A DNA stretch of 64,000 nt from Acutalibacteraceae bacterium (GCA_963606965.1 CAVDAL010000051.1:31487-95486); one strand, 5' to 3'. Shown: positions 20,386 to 32,263, counted from the stretch's first letter. Program-made: numbers and translations. Notes: generated by a model not told the origin, from the letters alone.

Positions 20386-23300
20386 ATGCCACGCAGAAAT
20401 GATATACATAAAATTTTGCTTATAGGTTCCGGTCCAATTGTCATTGGTCAAGCTTGCGAATTTGATTATTCAGGCACACAGGCTTGCAAAGTTTTGATGG
20501 AAGATGGCTATGAAGTAATCCTAGTCAATTCAAATCCAGCAACAATTATGACTGATCCAAAGACAGCTACCCGTACATATGTTGAACCAATAACAGCAGA
20601 AGTTGTTGCTCAAATTATTGAAAAAGAAAAGCCGGATGCATTGCTTCCAAATATGGGTGGGCAAACAGGCTTGAATTGTGCTGTTGAACTTGCAGAAAAT
20701 GGCACGCTTGAAAAGTTTGGCGTTGAAATGATCGGCTGCAATTTAGAAGCCATTCAAAAAGGCGAAGACAGAAAGCTCTTTGCTGAAGCTATGAAGCGCA
20801 TTGGTTTGGAATGCGCAAGAAGCGGCTATGCATATAGCGTTGCAGATGCTGAAAATCTAGCTTCTGAATTAGGCTTTCCACTAGTCTTGCGTCCAAGCTT
20901 TACATTGGGCGGATCTGGCGGCGGTATTGCTTATAACATGAATGAGCTGCGTGATATTGTTGCTCAAGGCCTTGACCTTTCTCCAGCTGGTGAAGTTTTG
21001 GTTGAAGAATCAATCATTGGTTGGAAAGAATATGAAATGGAAGTAATGCGTGACAAAGCTGGCAATGGAATTATCATTTGTTCCATTGAAAACTTTGACG
21101 CGATGGGTGTTCATACGGGCGACTCAATTACAGTAGCTCCAGCACAGACTCTTACAGATGTTGAATATCAAATTATGCGCGACGCTTCATTAGCAATTTT
21201 GGAAGAAATTGGTGTTGAAACTGGCGGCTCTAATGTTCAATTTGCTGTAAACCCTGACGACGGGCGCTTGATTGTAATTGAAATGAATCCGCGTGTTAGC
21301 CGCTCTTCTGCTCTTGCTTCAAAAGCTACTGGTTTCCCAATTGCAAAAGCTGCTGCAAAGTTGGCTGTTGGGTACACATTGGATGAAATTTTAAATGACA
21401 TCACAAAAGCAACACCTGCTTGTTTTGAACCAAGCATAGACTATGTTGTAACAAAAGTCCCGCGCTTTGCATTTGAAAAATTCAAAGGAACAGATCCAAC
21501 ACTTTCAACTCGCATGAAAGCAGTTGGCGAAGTCATGGCAATCGGCCGCACTTTTGAAGAATCTTTAGGCAAAGCTATGCGTTCTTTGGAAAATGGACGT
21601 TTTGGTCTTGGCAGAGATGGCAAAGATAATTTCAATGAAAATAAATTTGAAAGCTTGCTTTCAACTCCAACGCAAGACAGGATTTATTATATGGCAGAAG
21701 CTTTGCGCCGCGGCTATTCTAGCGAAGATGTTGCAGAGCGCACAGGCATTGACATCTGGTTTGTTGATCGCATGTTCGACATGATTACTGTCGAAAAGAT
21801 GATTGAAGAAAAGCAACTTGATGAAATTGATGCTGACTTAATGCGCACTGCAAAGCGTTATGGTTTGTCTGATGTTCAAATTGCATTTTTAACTGGCGCT
21901 GATGAAAAACAAGTTCGCGCTCGCAGAAAAGAACTTGGTGTGATTGGCGTCTTTAAAACAGTTGATACTTGCGCTGCAGAATTTGAAAGTCAAACAAGTT
22001 ATCATTACAAGACATATGATGAAGAAGATGAAATTCGTCCATGTAACAAAAAGAAAGCAATGATTATTGGAGCAGGTCCAAACAGAATTGGACAGGGCAT
22101 CGAGTTTGATTATTGTTGTGTTCATGCATCTTATGCTCTTGCAGACATGGGCTATGAGACAATCATGGTTAATTGCAACCCTGAAACAGTTTCAACAGAC
22201 TATGACACATCTGACAGGCTTTATTTTGAGCCAATTACATATGAAGATGTAATGGATATTATTGATGTTGAAAAACCAGATGGTGTTGTTGTTACACTTG
22301 GTGGACAAACTCCTTTGAAGCTTGCGCAAGCTTTGCAAGATGAAGGCGTTCATATTATGGGAACAAAACCGCAAGCAATTGATCTTGCAGAAGACAGGGA
22401 ACGCTTTAGCGCATTGCTCGATGAAATGCAGATTGATTATCCTTCTGCAGGCACTGCTAATTCATATGAAGAAGCTGTTGAAGTTGCACAGAGTGTTGGT
22501 TATCCACTGCTTGTTCGTCCAAGCTATGTTTTGGGTGGGCGCGGCATGGTTATTGCTTATGATTCTCATTATTTACAAAAATATATGGGCGAAGCTGCAC
22601 GCGTTAGCCCTGACCATCCTGTTTATTTGGATGCATTTTTGGAATCTGCAACAGAATGTGACGTCGATGCTTTATGCGATGGGGAAGATGTATATATTGG
22701 CGCAATCCTTGAGCATATTGAAGAGGCAGGTATCCATTCAGGGGATTCTGCTTGTTGCACACCGCCATTTAGCTTGAGTGAAAATATTTTGAAAACTTTG
22801 CGTGACTACACTCGTCGCCTTGCTTTGGCTGTTCAAACAAGAGGCCTTGTCAATATTCAATATGCTGTTAAAGATGGCAAAGTTTATGTTATTGAAGTTA
22901 ATCCCCGCGCAAGTCGTACTGTTCCATTTGTTTCAAAAGCGACTGGTGTTCCTTTAGCAAAGTGCGCAGCACGAATTATGGCAGGGGATACAATTAAAAA
23001 TTTGCAGCTTGAAGAACATTTAGATTCTATGGATCATTTTGCTGTAAAAGAAGCTGTCATGCCATTTGGAAGATTCCCTGGCGCAGATGTTGTCTTAGGC
23101 CCTGAAATGAAATCAACAGGTGAAGTCATGGGTATTGCTCAAGATTTCCCTGCAGCATTTGCAAAAACTCAACTTGCAATTGATTATTCAATGCCAGATG
23201 GTGGCAAAGCTTTTGTTTCAATTTGCGACAAAGAAAAGCGCAATATGCTGCCTATTGTTAAAGCACTTTCAGAACTCGGATTTGAAATTGTAAGCACAGG

Positions 23301-23604
23301 CGGCACAGCAAGAATGCTTCAAGCAAATGGTTTTGATGTTCAAAAAGTTCGCAAGATGAAAGAACAACGTCCGAACATTGGCGACATGATGGCAGATGGT
23401 GAAATTAAATTAGTCATCAATATTCCATTTGGGCAAGGTTCTCGCGGGGATGCATTTTTGCTCCGCAGTGCTGCTGTTAGATATGGAATCTGTTATGTAA
23501 CAACAACAGCTGCAGCAAGCGCTCTAGCTCAAGCAATTGATGCAAAGCGTCAAGGCAGATTGCAGCCTGTTGCATTGCAAGACTTGCCACAGAAAGAAGT
23601 TTAA
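20386..23604 (+). CDS. carB: Carbamoyl-phosphate synthase large subunit
   Basis: 1072 aa with duplicated ATP-grasp halves ('[18 protein letters not shown]' / '[17 protein letters not shown]') and an MGS-like C-terminus. Confidence 0.97.
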   Translation: MPRRNDIHKILLIGSGPIVIGQACEFDYSGTQACKVLMEDGYEVILVNSNPATIMTDPKTATRTYVEPITAEVVAQIIEKEKPDALLPNMGGQTGLNCAVELAENGTLEKFGVEMIGCNLEAIQKGEDRKLFAEAMKRIGLECARSGYAYSVADAENLASELGFPLVLRPSFTLGGSGGGIAYNMNELRDIVAQGLDLSPAGEVLVEESIIGWKEYEMEVMRDKAGNGIIICSIENFDAMGVHTGDSITVAPAQTLTDVEYQIMRDASLAILEEIGVETGGSNVQFAVNPDDGRLIVIEMNPRVSRSSALASKATGFPIAKAAAKLAVGYTLDEILNDITKATPACFEPSIDYVVTKVPRFAFEKFKGTDPTLSTRMKAVGEVMAIGRTFEESLGKAMRSLENGRFGLGRDGKDNFNENKFESLLSTPTQDRIYYMAEALRRGYSSEDVAERTGIDIWFVDRMFDMITVEKMIEEKQLDEIDADLMRTAKRYGLSDVQIAFLTGADEKQVRARRKELGVIGVFKTVDTCAAEFESQTSYHYKTYDEEDEIRPCNKKKAMIIGAGPNRIGQGIEFDYCCVHASYALADMGYETIMVNCNPETVSTDYDTSDRLYFEPITYEDVMDIIDVEKPDGVVVTLGGQTPLKLAQALQDEGVHIMGTKPQAIDLAEDRERFSALLDEMQIDYPSAGTANSYEEAVEVAQSVGYPLLVRPSYVLGGRGMVIAYDSHYLQKYMGEAARVSPDHPVYLDAFLESATECDVDALCDGEDVYIGAILEHIEEAGIHSGDSACCTPPFSLSENILKTLRDYTRRLALAVQTRGLVNIQYAVKDGKVYVIEVNPRASRTVPFVSKATGVPLAKCAARIMAGDTIKNLQLEEHLDSMDHFAVKEAVMPFGRFPGADVVLGPEMKSTGEVMGIAQDFPAAFAKTQLAIDYSMPDGGKAFVSICDKEKRNMLPIVKALSELGFEIVSTGGTARMLQANGFDVQKVRKMKEQRPNIGDMMADGEIKLVINIPFGQGSRGDAFLLRSAAVRYGICYVTTTAAASALAQAIDAKRQGRLQPVALQDLPQKEV

Positions 23605-24393
23605 ATGCAAAAGCATCAAATTAAAGCTTCAATTCTTTCAAATGAAGAAGTTGCAAAAGGCACATTTTGCGCAACAATTACAGCACCATTAATTGCAGAT
23701 GTTGCAAAAGCTGGTCAATTTGTAAATGTTCGAGTTGAACAAAATTCATGTCAGCTTTTGCGAATGCCATTTTGCATTTATGATTTGGATAAAGAATTTC
23801 AAACAATATCAATTTGTTATCAAGTTGTAGGCGAAGGCACTTCACAATTAAGTAAGCTTTCAATAGGTGATGTTTTGGATGTGATAGGCCCGCTTGGAAA
23901 TGGCTGGGAAGTTCCTGAAAATACAAAACGTGCATTGCTCATTTGTGGTGGCTTAGGTGCTGCTCCAATGAATTTGTTAGCCAAGAATCTTGTGGAACGC
24001 GGAATCTGCTTTGATATATGCATTGGTGCAGCAAATATTGAACGCATGATTTGCAAAGATGAATTTGAATCAATGACTCAAAGTGTTGGTGGCATTTTGC
24101 AAATTTGCACAGACGATGGAAGCTTTGGATTTCATGGATTTTGCACGCAGCCAGCTGCAGAACTTTTAGATGAAAATAAATATGATTATTGTGCAATTTG
24201 TGGCCCATATATGATGGAAAAGGTTGCTGTTCAATCGCCTTTGAAGCATCTTGTCCATACACAAGTTTCACTTGAAAAATTAATGGCTTGCGGCATCGGC
24301 GCTTGTCTTTCTTGTGTCGTTGAAACTAAGAATGGCAAAAGACGCTGCTGTGCAGACGGCCCAGTTTTTAATGCAGGTGATTTAATATGGTAA
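23605..24393 (+). CDS. pyrK: Dihydroorotate dehydrogenase electron-transfer subunit
   Basis: FNR-like fold and a C-terminal 2Fe-2S motif 'CGIGACLSC..........CCADGP'. Confidence 0.9.
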   Translation: MQKHQIKASILSNEEVAKGTFCATITAPLIADVAKAGQFVNVRVEQNSCQLLRMPFCIYDLDKEFQTISICYQVVGEGTSQLSKLSIGDVLDVIGPLGNGWEVPENTKRALLICGGLGAAPMNLLAKNLVERGICFDICIGAANIERMICKDEFESMTQSVGGILQICTDDGSFGFHGFCTQPAAELLDENKYDYCAICGPYMMEKVAVQSPLKHLVHTQVSLEKLMACGIGACLSCVVETKNGKRRCCADGPVFNAGDLIW

Positions 24394-25304
24394 ATCTCAA
24401 TATAAACTTGGGTGGTTTGCAAATGAAGAACCCTGTTACAACTTGTTCAGGGACATTTGCTGCTGGCAAAGAATTTTCTGATTTTTATGATTTATCTTCT
24501 TTGGGCGCTGTGACTACTAAGGGTGTTTCACTGCAAGCTTGGATGGGCAATGGCACTCCAAGAATTGCAGAATGTGCAAGTGGAATGCTAAATTCAATTG
24601 GACTTCAAAACCCTGGTGTCGAAGCTTTTCGTGCAGATACTTTGCCATGGCTTTCAAAACAAAATGTTCCTGTAATTGTTAATGTTTCAGGGCATAGCGT
24701 CGATGAATATAAAAAGGTTATTGAACGCTTAGAAGATGAACCATCTGTAAATGCATATGAAATTAATATTTCTTGCCCAAATGTCAAACAAGGCGGAATG
24801 GCATTTGGCACAGACCCACAAAAAGCTGCAGAAGTTACATCTGCATGCAGAGAAGCTACAAAAAAGCCTTTAATTGTTAAGCTTTCGCCAAATGTTACAG
24901 ACATAGCTTGCATAGCTAAATCTGTTGAAGATGCTGGCGCAGATGCAGTTAGCCTTATCAATACTGTTCTTGGAATGGCAATAGATGCAAAGAGTCAAAA
25001 GCCTAAGCTTGCTAATATTTTTGGCGGCTTATCAGGACCTGCTATTAAGCCAATTGCTCTTAGGATGGTTTGGCAAGTTTATGAAGCTATCAAAATTCCA
25101 ATTCTTGGAATGGGTGGCATTATGAACGCTCAAGATGCTATTGAATTTATATTGGCTGGTGCGCAAGCTGTTGCAATAGGGACAGCAAATTTTGTTAATC
25201 CAAATGTTTGCATAGATGTAATCAGCGGAATTAATAAATATTGTGAAGAACATGAAATATTAGATATCAACACTCTTGTTGGTCTTGCGCACAAAAATGA
25301 CTAA
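24387..25304 (+). CDS. pyrD: Dihydroorotate dehydrogenase, class 1B catalytic subunit
   Basis: 'MKNPV...SGTF', 'NISCPNV', '[10 protein letters not shown]'. Paired with pyrK. Confidence 0.95.
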   Translation: MVNLNINLGGLQMKNPVTTCSGTFAAGKEFSDFYDLSSLGAVTTKGVSLQAWMGNGTPRIAECASGMLNSIGLQNPGVEAFRADTLPWLSKQNVPVIVNVSGHSVDEYKKVIERLEDEPSVNAYEINISCPNVKQGGMAFGTDPQKAAEVTSACREATKKPLIVKLSPNVTDIACIAKSVEDAGADAVSLINTVLGMAIDAKSQKPKLANIFGGLSGPAIKPIALRMVWQVYEAIKIPILGMGGIMNAQDAIEFILAGAQAVAIGTANFVNPNVCIDVISGINKYCEEHEILDINTLVGLAHKND

Positions 25305-25320
25305 TAGGAGGGTGTAAGAC

Positions 25321-26058
25321 ATGCTTAAAGTTCAAACAGATTGGAAAAATCAAAGCTATAAAGACAGAATAATGGTCGCTTTAGATTGCGATAAAAATAG
25401 AGCTTATGAATTAGCAAATATTCTTAAAGGCGAAGCTAAATGGCTTAAAGTTGGAATGACGCTTTTTTATTCATGCGGCCCTGCAATTGTTAAAGATTTC
25501 AAAGATATGGGCTTTAATATTTTTGTTGATTTAAAATTGCATGATATTCCTCATCAAGTTCAAGGCGCAGCATATTCTATAACTCAAGCTGGTGCAGACT
25601 TATTCACTATTCATGCATCTGGCGGCTTTGATATGATGCAAGCAGCTGCAAATGGCGCTTTGAATGCAGCGCAAGATTGCAATTGCAATATTCCTGATAT
25701 TTGCGCTGTTACTGTCCTTACAAGCATGAATGATGAAAACCTGCATTCAATTGGCGTTGAGCGCAAAGCAAGTGATCAAGTTAAGCTTTTAGCAAGATTG
25801 GTACGCGAAGCATCTTTAAGCGGAATTATCTGTTCGCCGCAGGAAGCTAAAGATATGCGCAATCTTCTTGGTGAAGACGCTTTGATTGTGACACCTGGTG
25901 TCCGTCCAAAAAATGCTGAACTTGGGGACCAATCAAGAGTTGCAAGTCCTGCGCAAGCTTTTGAAGCTGGCGCATCACATATTGTTGTTGGTCGCCCAAT
26001 TACACAAAATGAAGACCCACTTAAAGCTTTTAAAAATATCGTAGAGGAGATTAATTAA
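25321..26058 (+). CDS. pyrF: Orotidine-5'-phosphate decarboxylase
   Basis: 'VALD', 'DLKLHDIP', 'IVVGRPI'. Confidence 0.95.
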   Translation: MLKVQTDWKNQSYKDRIMVALDCDKNRAYELANILKGEAKWLKVGMTLFYSCGPAIVKDFKDMGFNIFVDLKLHDIPHQVQGAAYSITQAGADLFTIHASGGFDMMQAAANGALNAAQDCNCNIPDICAVTVLTSMNDENLHSIGVERKASDQVKLLARLVREASLSGIICSPQEAKDMRNLLGEDALIVTPGVRPKNAELGDQSRVASPAQAFEAGASHIVVGRPITQNEDPLKAFKNIVEEIN

Positions 26059-26642
26059 TGCAAAAAGAAGAAATTGTTAAGCTATTTGAAGATGCTGGTG
26101 CAATACAGCACGGTCATTTTGTTTTGACATCAGGCAGACATGCTCAAACATATATTCAATGTCAACGTGTTATGGAAAATCCAGACCTTACATTTAAACT
26201 TGCACAAGAAGCAATATCACGTCTTCCACAAAGTTTAATTGATTCGATTGATGTTGTTGTAAGCCCTGCAGTCGGTGGAATAACATGGGGTTTTGCAGTA
26301 GCCTTAGCTTTAAAAAAGCGTTTCATTTTTGCCGAACGTGTTGATGGCAAAATGACTTTCCGCCGCTCTTTTGAATTAAATGATGATGAAAAAGCATTAA
26401 TTTGCGAAGACGTTGTTACAACTGGCGGTTCAGTAAAAGAAGTTTGTGATCTTGTTGAAGCAAATGGCGCAAAAGCATTAGCTGTTGTATCAATGATAGA
26501 TAGAAAATCTGGCAGAGCATTTGACCAAGATTTTTATCCGCTTCTTGAATTTGAAACAAAATCGTGGAGTGCAGATGAATGTGAATTATGCGCCGAAGGG
26601 GTTGATTTTGTTTCTCCAGGCAGCCGCAGGATTAATCACTAA
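26058..26642 (+). CDS. pyrE: Orotate phosphoribosyltransferase
   Basis: 'GHFVLTSGRH', PRPP motif 'LICEDVVTTGGS'. Confidence 0.95.
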   Translation: MQKEEIVKLFEDAGAIQHGHFVLTSGRHAQTYIQCQRVMENPDLTFKLAQEAISRLPQSLIDSIDVVVSPAVGGITWGFAVALALKKRFIFAERVDGKMTFRRSFELNDDEKALICEDVVTTGGSVKEVCDLVEANGAKALAVVSMIDRKSGRAFDQDFYPLLEFETKSWSADECELCAEGVDFVSPGSRRINH

Positions 26643-26753
26643 GTCCTATGTGCCCATAATTAAGCAACTTAACACATTTGTCATTATTTTTGGGATGTTT
26701 TCCTGTTACAATCTTTTGTAGTGTATGGTTACTGATTAGCAAGGAGACAAAAG

Positions 26754-27068
26754 ATGGCCTTACCACAACTTTCTGATGAGCAACGTGCTCAAGCTTTAGC
26801 AAAGGCAGCAGAAATGCGCCAAAAGCGCGCAAGGCTGAAGGAAGATCTTAAAAACAGAGAAAAGACTCTTGCTGATGTCTTCAAAAATGCAGAAGATGCT
26901 GTAGTTGCAAGAATGAAAGTTTCTGCTCTTCTCGAATCTTTGCCTGGCTTTGGTAAAGCAAAGGCAGCTAAGTTAATGGCAGAACTTGGCATTTCAGAAA
27001 CTCGCCGCGTTAAAGGCCTTGGAGTTCGCCAACGCACTGAACTTTTGGAGCGTCTTGGTGCAAACTAA
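26754..27068 (+). CDS. mihF: Actinobacterial integration host factor mIHF
   Basis: 'MKVSALLESLPG.GK..A..LM.ELGISETRRV.GLG.RQR..LLE', as in mycobacterial mIHF. Sits directly upstream of gmk-rpoZ. Confidence 0.9.
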   Translation: MALPQLSDEQRAQALAKAAEMRQKRARLKEDLKNREKTLADVFKNAEDAVVARMKVSALLESLPGFGKAKAAKLMAELGISETRRVKGLGVRQRTELLERLGAN

Positions 27069-27630
27069 ATGCTGCGGCAATCTGTTTGTTATCTCTGGTC
27101 CATCAGGTGCAGGTAAAGGCACCTTGGTGGACCGCTTGCGTTATTTGTTCCCGGATGCTTGGGTTTCAATTTCTGCAACATCGCGTGACCCGCGTCCAGG
27201 GGATGTTGAAGGTGAAACTTATTTCTTCTTGTCAAAAGAAGAATTTGAAAATTTGATAGCTCAAAATGGGCTTATTGAATATGCGAATGTTTATGGCAAT
27301 TATTATGGCACTCCAATAAAGCCTATTCAACAACATCTTGATGCAGGAGATATTGTAATTTTGGAAATTGATATCCAAGGCGGATTCCAAGTACGTGAAA
27401 AATTCCCTCAAGCTCATTTGATTTTTATTGCTCCGCCTTCTATGGAAGTTTTGGAACAGCGCTTGCGTGCAAGAGCCACAGATTCTGAAGAGGCAATAAC
27501 TAAAAGATTGCAGGTAGCGGCAGAAGAATTAAGTGCGTCCACCAAATATGATGTTATTATCGTGAATGATGAGCTTGAAAAGACTACCAAAGAACTCGAA
27601 GAGGTGATACAATCTCGCCTCGGTCAATAA
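27058..27630 (+). CDS. gmk: Guanylate kinase
   Basis: 'LFVISGPSGAGKGT', 'TSR.PR.GE..G..Y.F'. There is no in-frame ATG; the GTG at 27058 lies 8 nt after GGAG and inside the mihF 3' end. Confidence 0.9.
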   Translation: MQTKCCGNLFVISGPSGAGKGTLVDRLRYLFPDAWVSISATSRDPRPGDVEGETYFFLSKEEFENLIAQNGLIEYANVYGNYYGTPIKPIQQHLDAGDIVILEIDIQGGFQVREKFPQAHLIFIAPPSMEVLEQRLRARATDSEEAITKRLQVAAEELSASTKYDVIIVNDELEKTTKELEEVIQSRLGQ

Positions 27631-27658
27631 ATAGGGCCTAGATTTAAGGAGATTATAC

Positions 27659-27910
27659 ATGTCAATTGTTGAACCAAGAATTGATGAATTGCTTGAAAAA
27701 ACTAATGAAGACAAATATTTGCTTTGCGCTGTTGCTTCAAAGCGCAGCCGCGACATTAATGAAATGATGCGTGGGCAGCATGACCGTGCTGTTGCTTTGC
27801 AGTCCACAAGTGAAATTGCAGAATATGCAGGTCGCAAGCCACTTTCTTTAGCGATGGAAGAAATTGCACGCGGAGAAGTTGGCTATGATGAAGCAAGTTT
27901 TGAAAACTAA
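27659..27910 (+). CDS. rpoZ: RNA polymerase omega subunit
   Basis: 83 aa, 'NKY.L...ASKR.R.I', position after gmk. Confidence 0.9.
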   Translation: MSIVEPRIDELLEKTNEDKYLLCAVASKRSRDINEMMRGQHDRAVALQSTSEIAEYAGRKPLSLAMEEIARGEVGYDEASFEN

Positions 27911-27928
27911 TTAATTAAAGGACTAAAT

Positions 27929-29131
27929 TTGTTTGAACGAATTTGTCTTGTTCATTATCATGAAATAGGCCTTAAAGGCCGCAATAGGTCAACATTCGAG
28001 CACCGCCTTCTTCAAAATATCGAGGCGGCGCTTTCTTTTTGTCCATCAGCTCATATCAAACGAATTTCTGGACGAATGCTTGTAACAGTCGATGATGCTT
28101 CCAAGCTTGAAGAAGTTGCATCTGTTATTAAGAGCATTCCAGGAGTTGTACGTGTTAGTCAAGGCTGGAAAACTGACCGAAACCCAGATGAATATAACAA
28201 GGCTGCAGAATTAGCGCTTCTTGATTGCGGAGAGTTTGAAACATTTAAAGTTAAAGCAAGGCGCAGTAATACAGATTACCCAATTGATTCAATGCAACTA
28301 AACCAACTTGTTGGTGCTCACTTGTGTCAATTTGCTCCAGATAAAAAAGTAAAAATGAAAGACCCTGATGTTACTGTTCATGTTGAAATTATTCAGGGTT
28401 TTTGTGTTGTTTTTTCAAAGAGTGAAAGAGCAATTGGTGGCTTGCCTGTTGGCAGTGCTGGCAAAGTTGTTGCTTTGATGTCTAGCGGAATAGACAGCCC
28501 TGTTGCTGCATGGAAAATCATGAAGCGCGGTGCTGTTGTGGTTGGCGTTCATTTTTCAGGCCGCCCGCAAACAGCAGATACAAGCGAATATCTTATTGAT
28601 GACATTGCTCATGTTTTGGAACGTGTTGGTGGCATTGCTCGCATATATATAGTTCCATTAGGCGACTACCAAAAAGAAATTGCATTAAGTTGCCCGCAAA
28701 ACCTTCGCATTGTTTTATATAGGCGTTTGATGTTTAGAATTGCTCAGCGTGTAGCTTTGCTTGAAGGCGCAAAAGCTCTTGTAACAGGGGAATCTTTAGG
28801 GCAAGTTGCAAGTCAAACTCTAGATAACATAAATGCTACAAATTCTGTTGTTGATATTCCAGTTTTGCGTCCATTGATTGGTTCTGATAAACAAGAAATT
28901 ATAGATAGAGCACAAAATATTGGAACGCTTGAAATTTCGAAGCAACCAGCAGAAGATTGCTGCACTTTATTTATGCCTCGCAGTCCAGAAACACATGCAA
29001 AAATCAAAGATTGCATTGAAGCAGAAGCAAAATATCCGATAGATGAATGGATTGATGAAATCATGGAATCTATTGAATATAAAGATTATATTTGCCCTGC
29101 ATATAAAACTCCGCGCCAAAAGAAGAAATAA
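27929..29131 (+). CDS. thiI: tRNA 4-thiouridine synthase ThiI (no rhodanese domain)
   Basis: 'EIGLKGRNR', THUMP region, PP-loop 'SSGIDSPVA', 'TGESLGQVASQT'. TTG start after AAAGGA. Confidence 0.9.
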   Translation: MFERICLVHYHEIGLKGRNRSTFEHRLLQNIEAALSFCPSAHIKRISGRMLVTVDDASKLEEVASVIKSIPGVVRVSQGWKTDRNPDEYNKAAELALLDCGEFETFKVKARRSNTDYPIDSMQLNQLVGAHLCQFAPDKKVKMKDPDVTVHVEIIQGFCVVFSKSERAIGGLPVGSAGKVVALMSSGIDSPVAAWKIMKRGAVVVGVHFSGRPQTADTSEYLIDDIAHVLERVGGIARIYIVPLGDYQKEIALSCPQNLRIVLYRRLMFRIAQRVALLEGAKALVTGESLGQVASQTLDNINATNSVVDIPVLRPLIGSDKQEIIDRAQNIGTLEISKQPAEDCCTLFMPRSPETHAKIKDCIEAEAKYPIDEWIDEIMESIEYKDYICPAYKTPRQKKK

Positions 29132-29146
29132 ATTAATAGGAATGTT

Positions 29147-30118
29147 ATGGATTCAAGCCAAGTTGAAATAGATATACCAGATGGTTTTGATATTGCTCTG
29201 TTGTGTGGTCCAAGTGATTCAATTTTGCGCAGCATTGAAGAAGAATTTAAAATTCGAATCTCAATAGCTTCTAATAAAATTATTGCTTCAGGAAGCACAG
29301 ATGATATTCCTTATGCTTCAGCTTTAATTTCAGATTTGATGACATTGGTCAATAAAGGAATAAACCCAAAACGCGAGGATGTAACACGCTCTGCAGAATT
29401 GCTGCGTTCAAGCAATCTTGTTCCAGCAATGCTGCGTGAAGATGTTCTTTTGACATATCGCGGAAGAGCTATTCGTCCAAAAACAGCAGGTCAAAAATAT
29501 TATTGCGATGCTATTCGAAATAATACAATCACATTTGGGATTGGACCTGCTGGCACAGGAAAAACATATTTAGCAATGGCTATGGCAATAGCCGCGCTTA
29601 AAAGGAAAGAAATTGGTCGCATTATTTTGACTCGCCCTGTTGTTGAAGCGGGGGAAAATTTAGGATTTTTGCCTGGCACATTAACAGAAAAAGTCGACCC
29701 ATATATTCGCCCTTTATATGATGCTTTATTCGACTTAACAGATATGGAAAAAGGCAACAACTTAATAGAGCAGGGAGTTATTGAAATTGCTCCGCTTGCA
29801 TTTATGCGCGGGCGCACTTTTAATGATGCTTTTTTAATTTTGGATGAAGCACAAAATACATCTTCTGAGCAAATGAAGATGTTTTTAACTCGCCTTGGTT
29901 TTGGATCAAAAATGATTATCACTGGCGACTTAACACAGGTTGACGTTCATGGCAGAATTTCTGGTTTGCAAGAAGTTAAAGAAATTTTGCGCGACATGAA
30001 AGACATCGCATTTTGCGAATTTAATGACAGTGATGTTGTGCGTCACAACCTTGTTGCACGCATTGTAAAAGCATATGATAAAGCAAGCCATTTGCAGGAA
30101 GAACTGGACTTGAAATGA
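29147..30118 (+). CDS. phoH: PhoH-like ATPase (YbeZ)
   Basis: Walker A 'GPAGTGKTYLA', 'ILDEAQN', 'TGD.TQ.D'. Confidence 0.9.
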   Translation: MDSSQVEIDIPDGFDIALLCGPSDSILRSIEEEFKIRISIASNKIIASGSTDDIPYASALISDLMTLVNKGINPKREDVTRSAELLRSSNLVPAMLREDVLLTYRGRAIRPKTAGQKYYCDAIRNNTITFGIGPAGTGKTYLAMAMAIAALKRKEIGRIILTRPVVEAGENLGFLPGTLTEKVDPYIRPLYDALFDLTDMEKGNNLIEQGVIEIAPLAFMRGRTFNDAFLILDEAQNTSSEQMKMFLTRLGFGSKMIITGDLTQVDVHGRISGLQEVKEILRDMKDIAFCEFNDSDVVRHNLVARIVKAYDKASHLQEELDLK

Positions 30119-30570
30119 TAATTAATATTGATATTCGTGGCGGCAGCAAAACTTGGGATATTGAAAAAATTCAAGATCTTGCATCATTTGCTTTAAATTA
30201 TGCGCATGCTCCACAGAATAGTGAACTTTCAGTTAGCCTTGTTGATATAGATGAAATTCACTCTTTGAATAAGGAATATCGTGGAATAGATAGACCAACA
30301 GATGTTTTATCTTTTGAATGCGACTCTATTGATGAAGAATTGCCTGAAGATGAAACTTTGACCTTAGGCGACATAATTATTGCATGCGATATTGTTGATT
30401 CACAGCGCGAACAGTTTGGTACAAGCTTTGATGAAGAAATGTCTTTGATGCTTGTTCATGGCTGTTTGCATGTTTTAGGCTATGACCATATTGAAGAAGA
30501 TGAAGCTGAAATTATGGAAGGCTTAGAAAAAGAAATTTTAGAAGCTTATGGGGTTTGTGGTGTGAGGTAA
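30115..30570 (+). CDS. ybeY: rRNA maturation endoribonuclease YbeY
   Basis: 'HGCLHVLGYDH' zinc motif. Confidence 0.95.
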   Translation: MIINIDIRGGSKTWDIEKIQDLASFALNYAHAPQNSELSVSLVDIDEIHSLNKEYRGIDRPTDVLSFECDSIDEELPEDETLTLGDIIIACDIVDSQREQFGTSFDEEMSLMLVHGCLHVLGYDHIEEDEAEIMEGLEKEILEAYGVCGVR

Positions 30571-30572
30571 AA

Positions 30573-31487
30573 ATGGCAAATTCTGAAGATAAAGAATTCA
30601 AAAGTGGGTTTGTTGCTTTAGTTGGCAGGCCGAATGCTGGCAAGTCAACTCTTATTAATGCGATTGTTAAAGACAAAGTTGCAATAACTTCAAACACTCC
30701 GCAAACAACGCGCCATCGCTTCCGCGCTATATTTACAGATGAGCGCATGCAAATGATAATGGTCGACACTCCTGGCTTGCACAGACCTCATGATGCTTTG
30801 GGCGAAGAATTAAATGTTTCTGCATTAAAAGCTTTAGAAGATGTTGATGTTATTGCCATGCTAATTGATGCATCTGCAAAGGTTGGGCGCGGGGACGAAT
30901 GGGTTGCTAATCAAGTTGCTCAATCAAAAGCTAAAAAAATCCTTGTTATTTCAAAAGCCGATTTGTCTTCACAAGAACAAACTGTTAAACAAATTGAAGC
31001 TGCCCAAAATTTAGCAAAATGGGACGATGTTGTTGTTTTGTCTTCTGTGGAAGACTTTAACATAGATGGTTTCAAAGAAGCTGTTTATAAATATTTGCCG
31101 CAAGGTCCAAAATGGTTCCCGCAGGATATGCATGTCGACCAAGCAGAAGAAGTTTTAATAGCAGAATTTATTCGTGAAAAAATTTTAACAAGCATGCGCG
31201 ATGAAATCCCTCATGCAATTGGTGTTTGCGTCGATTCAATTGAACGCAATGATTATGGAACATTTGCAAAAATCTTTGCGACAATTTATGTTGAACGTAA
31301 TAGTCAAAAAGGAATTATTATTGGACATAAAGGTCAAGCAATTAAACAGATTGGAACAGAAGCTAGAGTTGATCTTGAACGATTGCTATCTTGCAAAGTT
31401 CACTTAGATTTAAATGTTAAAGTTCGCAAAAATTGGCGCAAAGATGCTACACAGGTTAAGCGTTTTGGATATGGTGAAGGCCTATAA
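30573..31487 (+). CDS. era: GTPase Era
   Basis: 'GRPNAGKSTL', 'DTPG', 'SKAD', C-terminal KH 'IIGHKGQ.IK.IG'. ATG 30573 follows the ybeY stop. Confidence 0.95.
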   Translation: MANSEDKEFKSGFVALVGRPNAGKSTLINAIVKDKVAITSNTPQTTRHRFRAIFTDERMQMIMVDTPGLHRPHDALGEELNVSALKALEDVDVIAMLIDASAKVGRGDEWVANQVAQSKAKKILVISKADLSSQEQTVKQIEAAQNLAKWDDVVVLSSVEDFNIDGFKEAVYKYLPQGPKWFPQDMHVDQAEEVLIAEFIREKILTSMRDEIPHAIGVCVDSIERNDYGTFAKIFATIYVERNSQKGIIIGHKGQAIKQIGTEARVDLERLLSCKVHLDLNVKVRKNWRKDATQVKRFGYGEGL

Positions 31488-32230
31488 TGGCTAATCCTTA
31501 TAATGAAAATTGCATCGTTTTAAAGAAAACAAAACTGGGCGAAAGCGATCTTATCGTTACGCTTTTGAGTGAAAAGGGCAAGCAAATCCGCGCTGTTGCC
31601 AAAGGAGCTCGTAAACCTGGAAACAAGCGTTTTGGGGCTAGAGTTGAACCTTTTTCATTTGTGAGCTTGCAACTTTATCCTGGAAAAAGCCTTGAAAATA
31701 TAACTGAGCTCAAACTCATTGATTCTCATTCTGCCTGCAGAGAAGTTTATGAAAAAGCTTCATCTTGCACACTTGTAGCGGAATTTTTAGATAAATTTTC
31801 CAGAGATGGCGATGTTGGCGATGTTGTTTTTCAGCTTACAAATTCTTATTTTGCAAAGATATCCAAATCAAGCGCTGAAGAATCTTTGGTATTAACTGCT
31901 GCATACTTTATTAAAGTCTTTGCATTTCTTGGCTTCAAACCTGCGCTTAGAGAATGTGCCATTTGTTCAAAGGAACTTGATGGTGCGCAATATTTTGACA
32001 TATCACTAGGTGGAACATTATGCTTTGATTGCGCTTCAAAGCATGCAATCACAAACAATCAAAAAGAATTAATTGCATGGCTTGTCTTTTTTATGTATTC
32101 AACTTTTGATGAAATTTCTGAAATTGAATCATGTCCACTTAAAGAGATAATGCATTTTATTGAACTTTGGATGAATGAACATATTGGCTTGCACTTAAAA
32201 AGCGCAACACTCTTCAAAACTTTATTCTAA
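31487..32230 (+). CDS. recO: DNA repair protein RecO
   Basis: OB N-terminus, Zn finger 'CAIC....(n)..CFDC', position after era. Confidence 0.85.
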   Translation: MANPYNENCIVLKKTKLGESDLIVTLLSEKGKQIRAVAKGARKPGNKRFGARVEPFSFVSLQLYPGKSLENITELKLIDSHSACREVYEKASSCTLVAEFLDKFSRDGDVGDVVFQLTNSYFAKISKSSAEESLVLTAAYFIKVFAFLGFKPALRECAICSKELDGAQYFDISLGGTLCFDCASKHAITNNQKELIAWLVFFMYSTFDEISEIESCPLKEIMHFIELWMNEHIGLHLKSATLFKTLF

Positions 32231-32263
32231 TTAACCGCTCACCATTGCATTCTGAAATTCTTC

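Noticed and set aside
22322-22777. 151-aa alternative-frame ORF inside carB
   Set aside because: carB is continuous and conserved over 1072 aa. The alternative frame gives a Leu/Ile/Lys-rich nonsense sequence.
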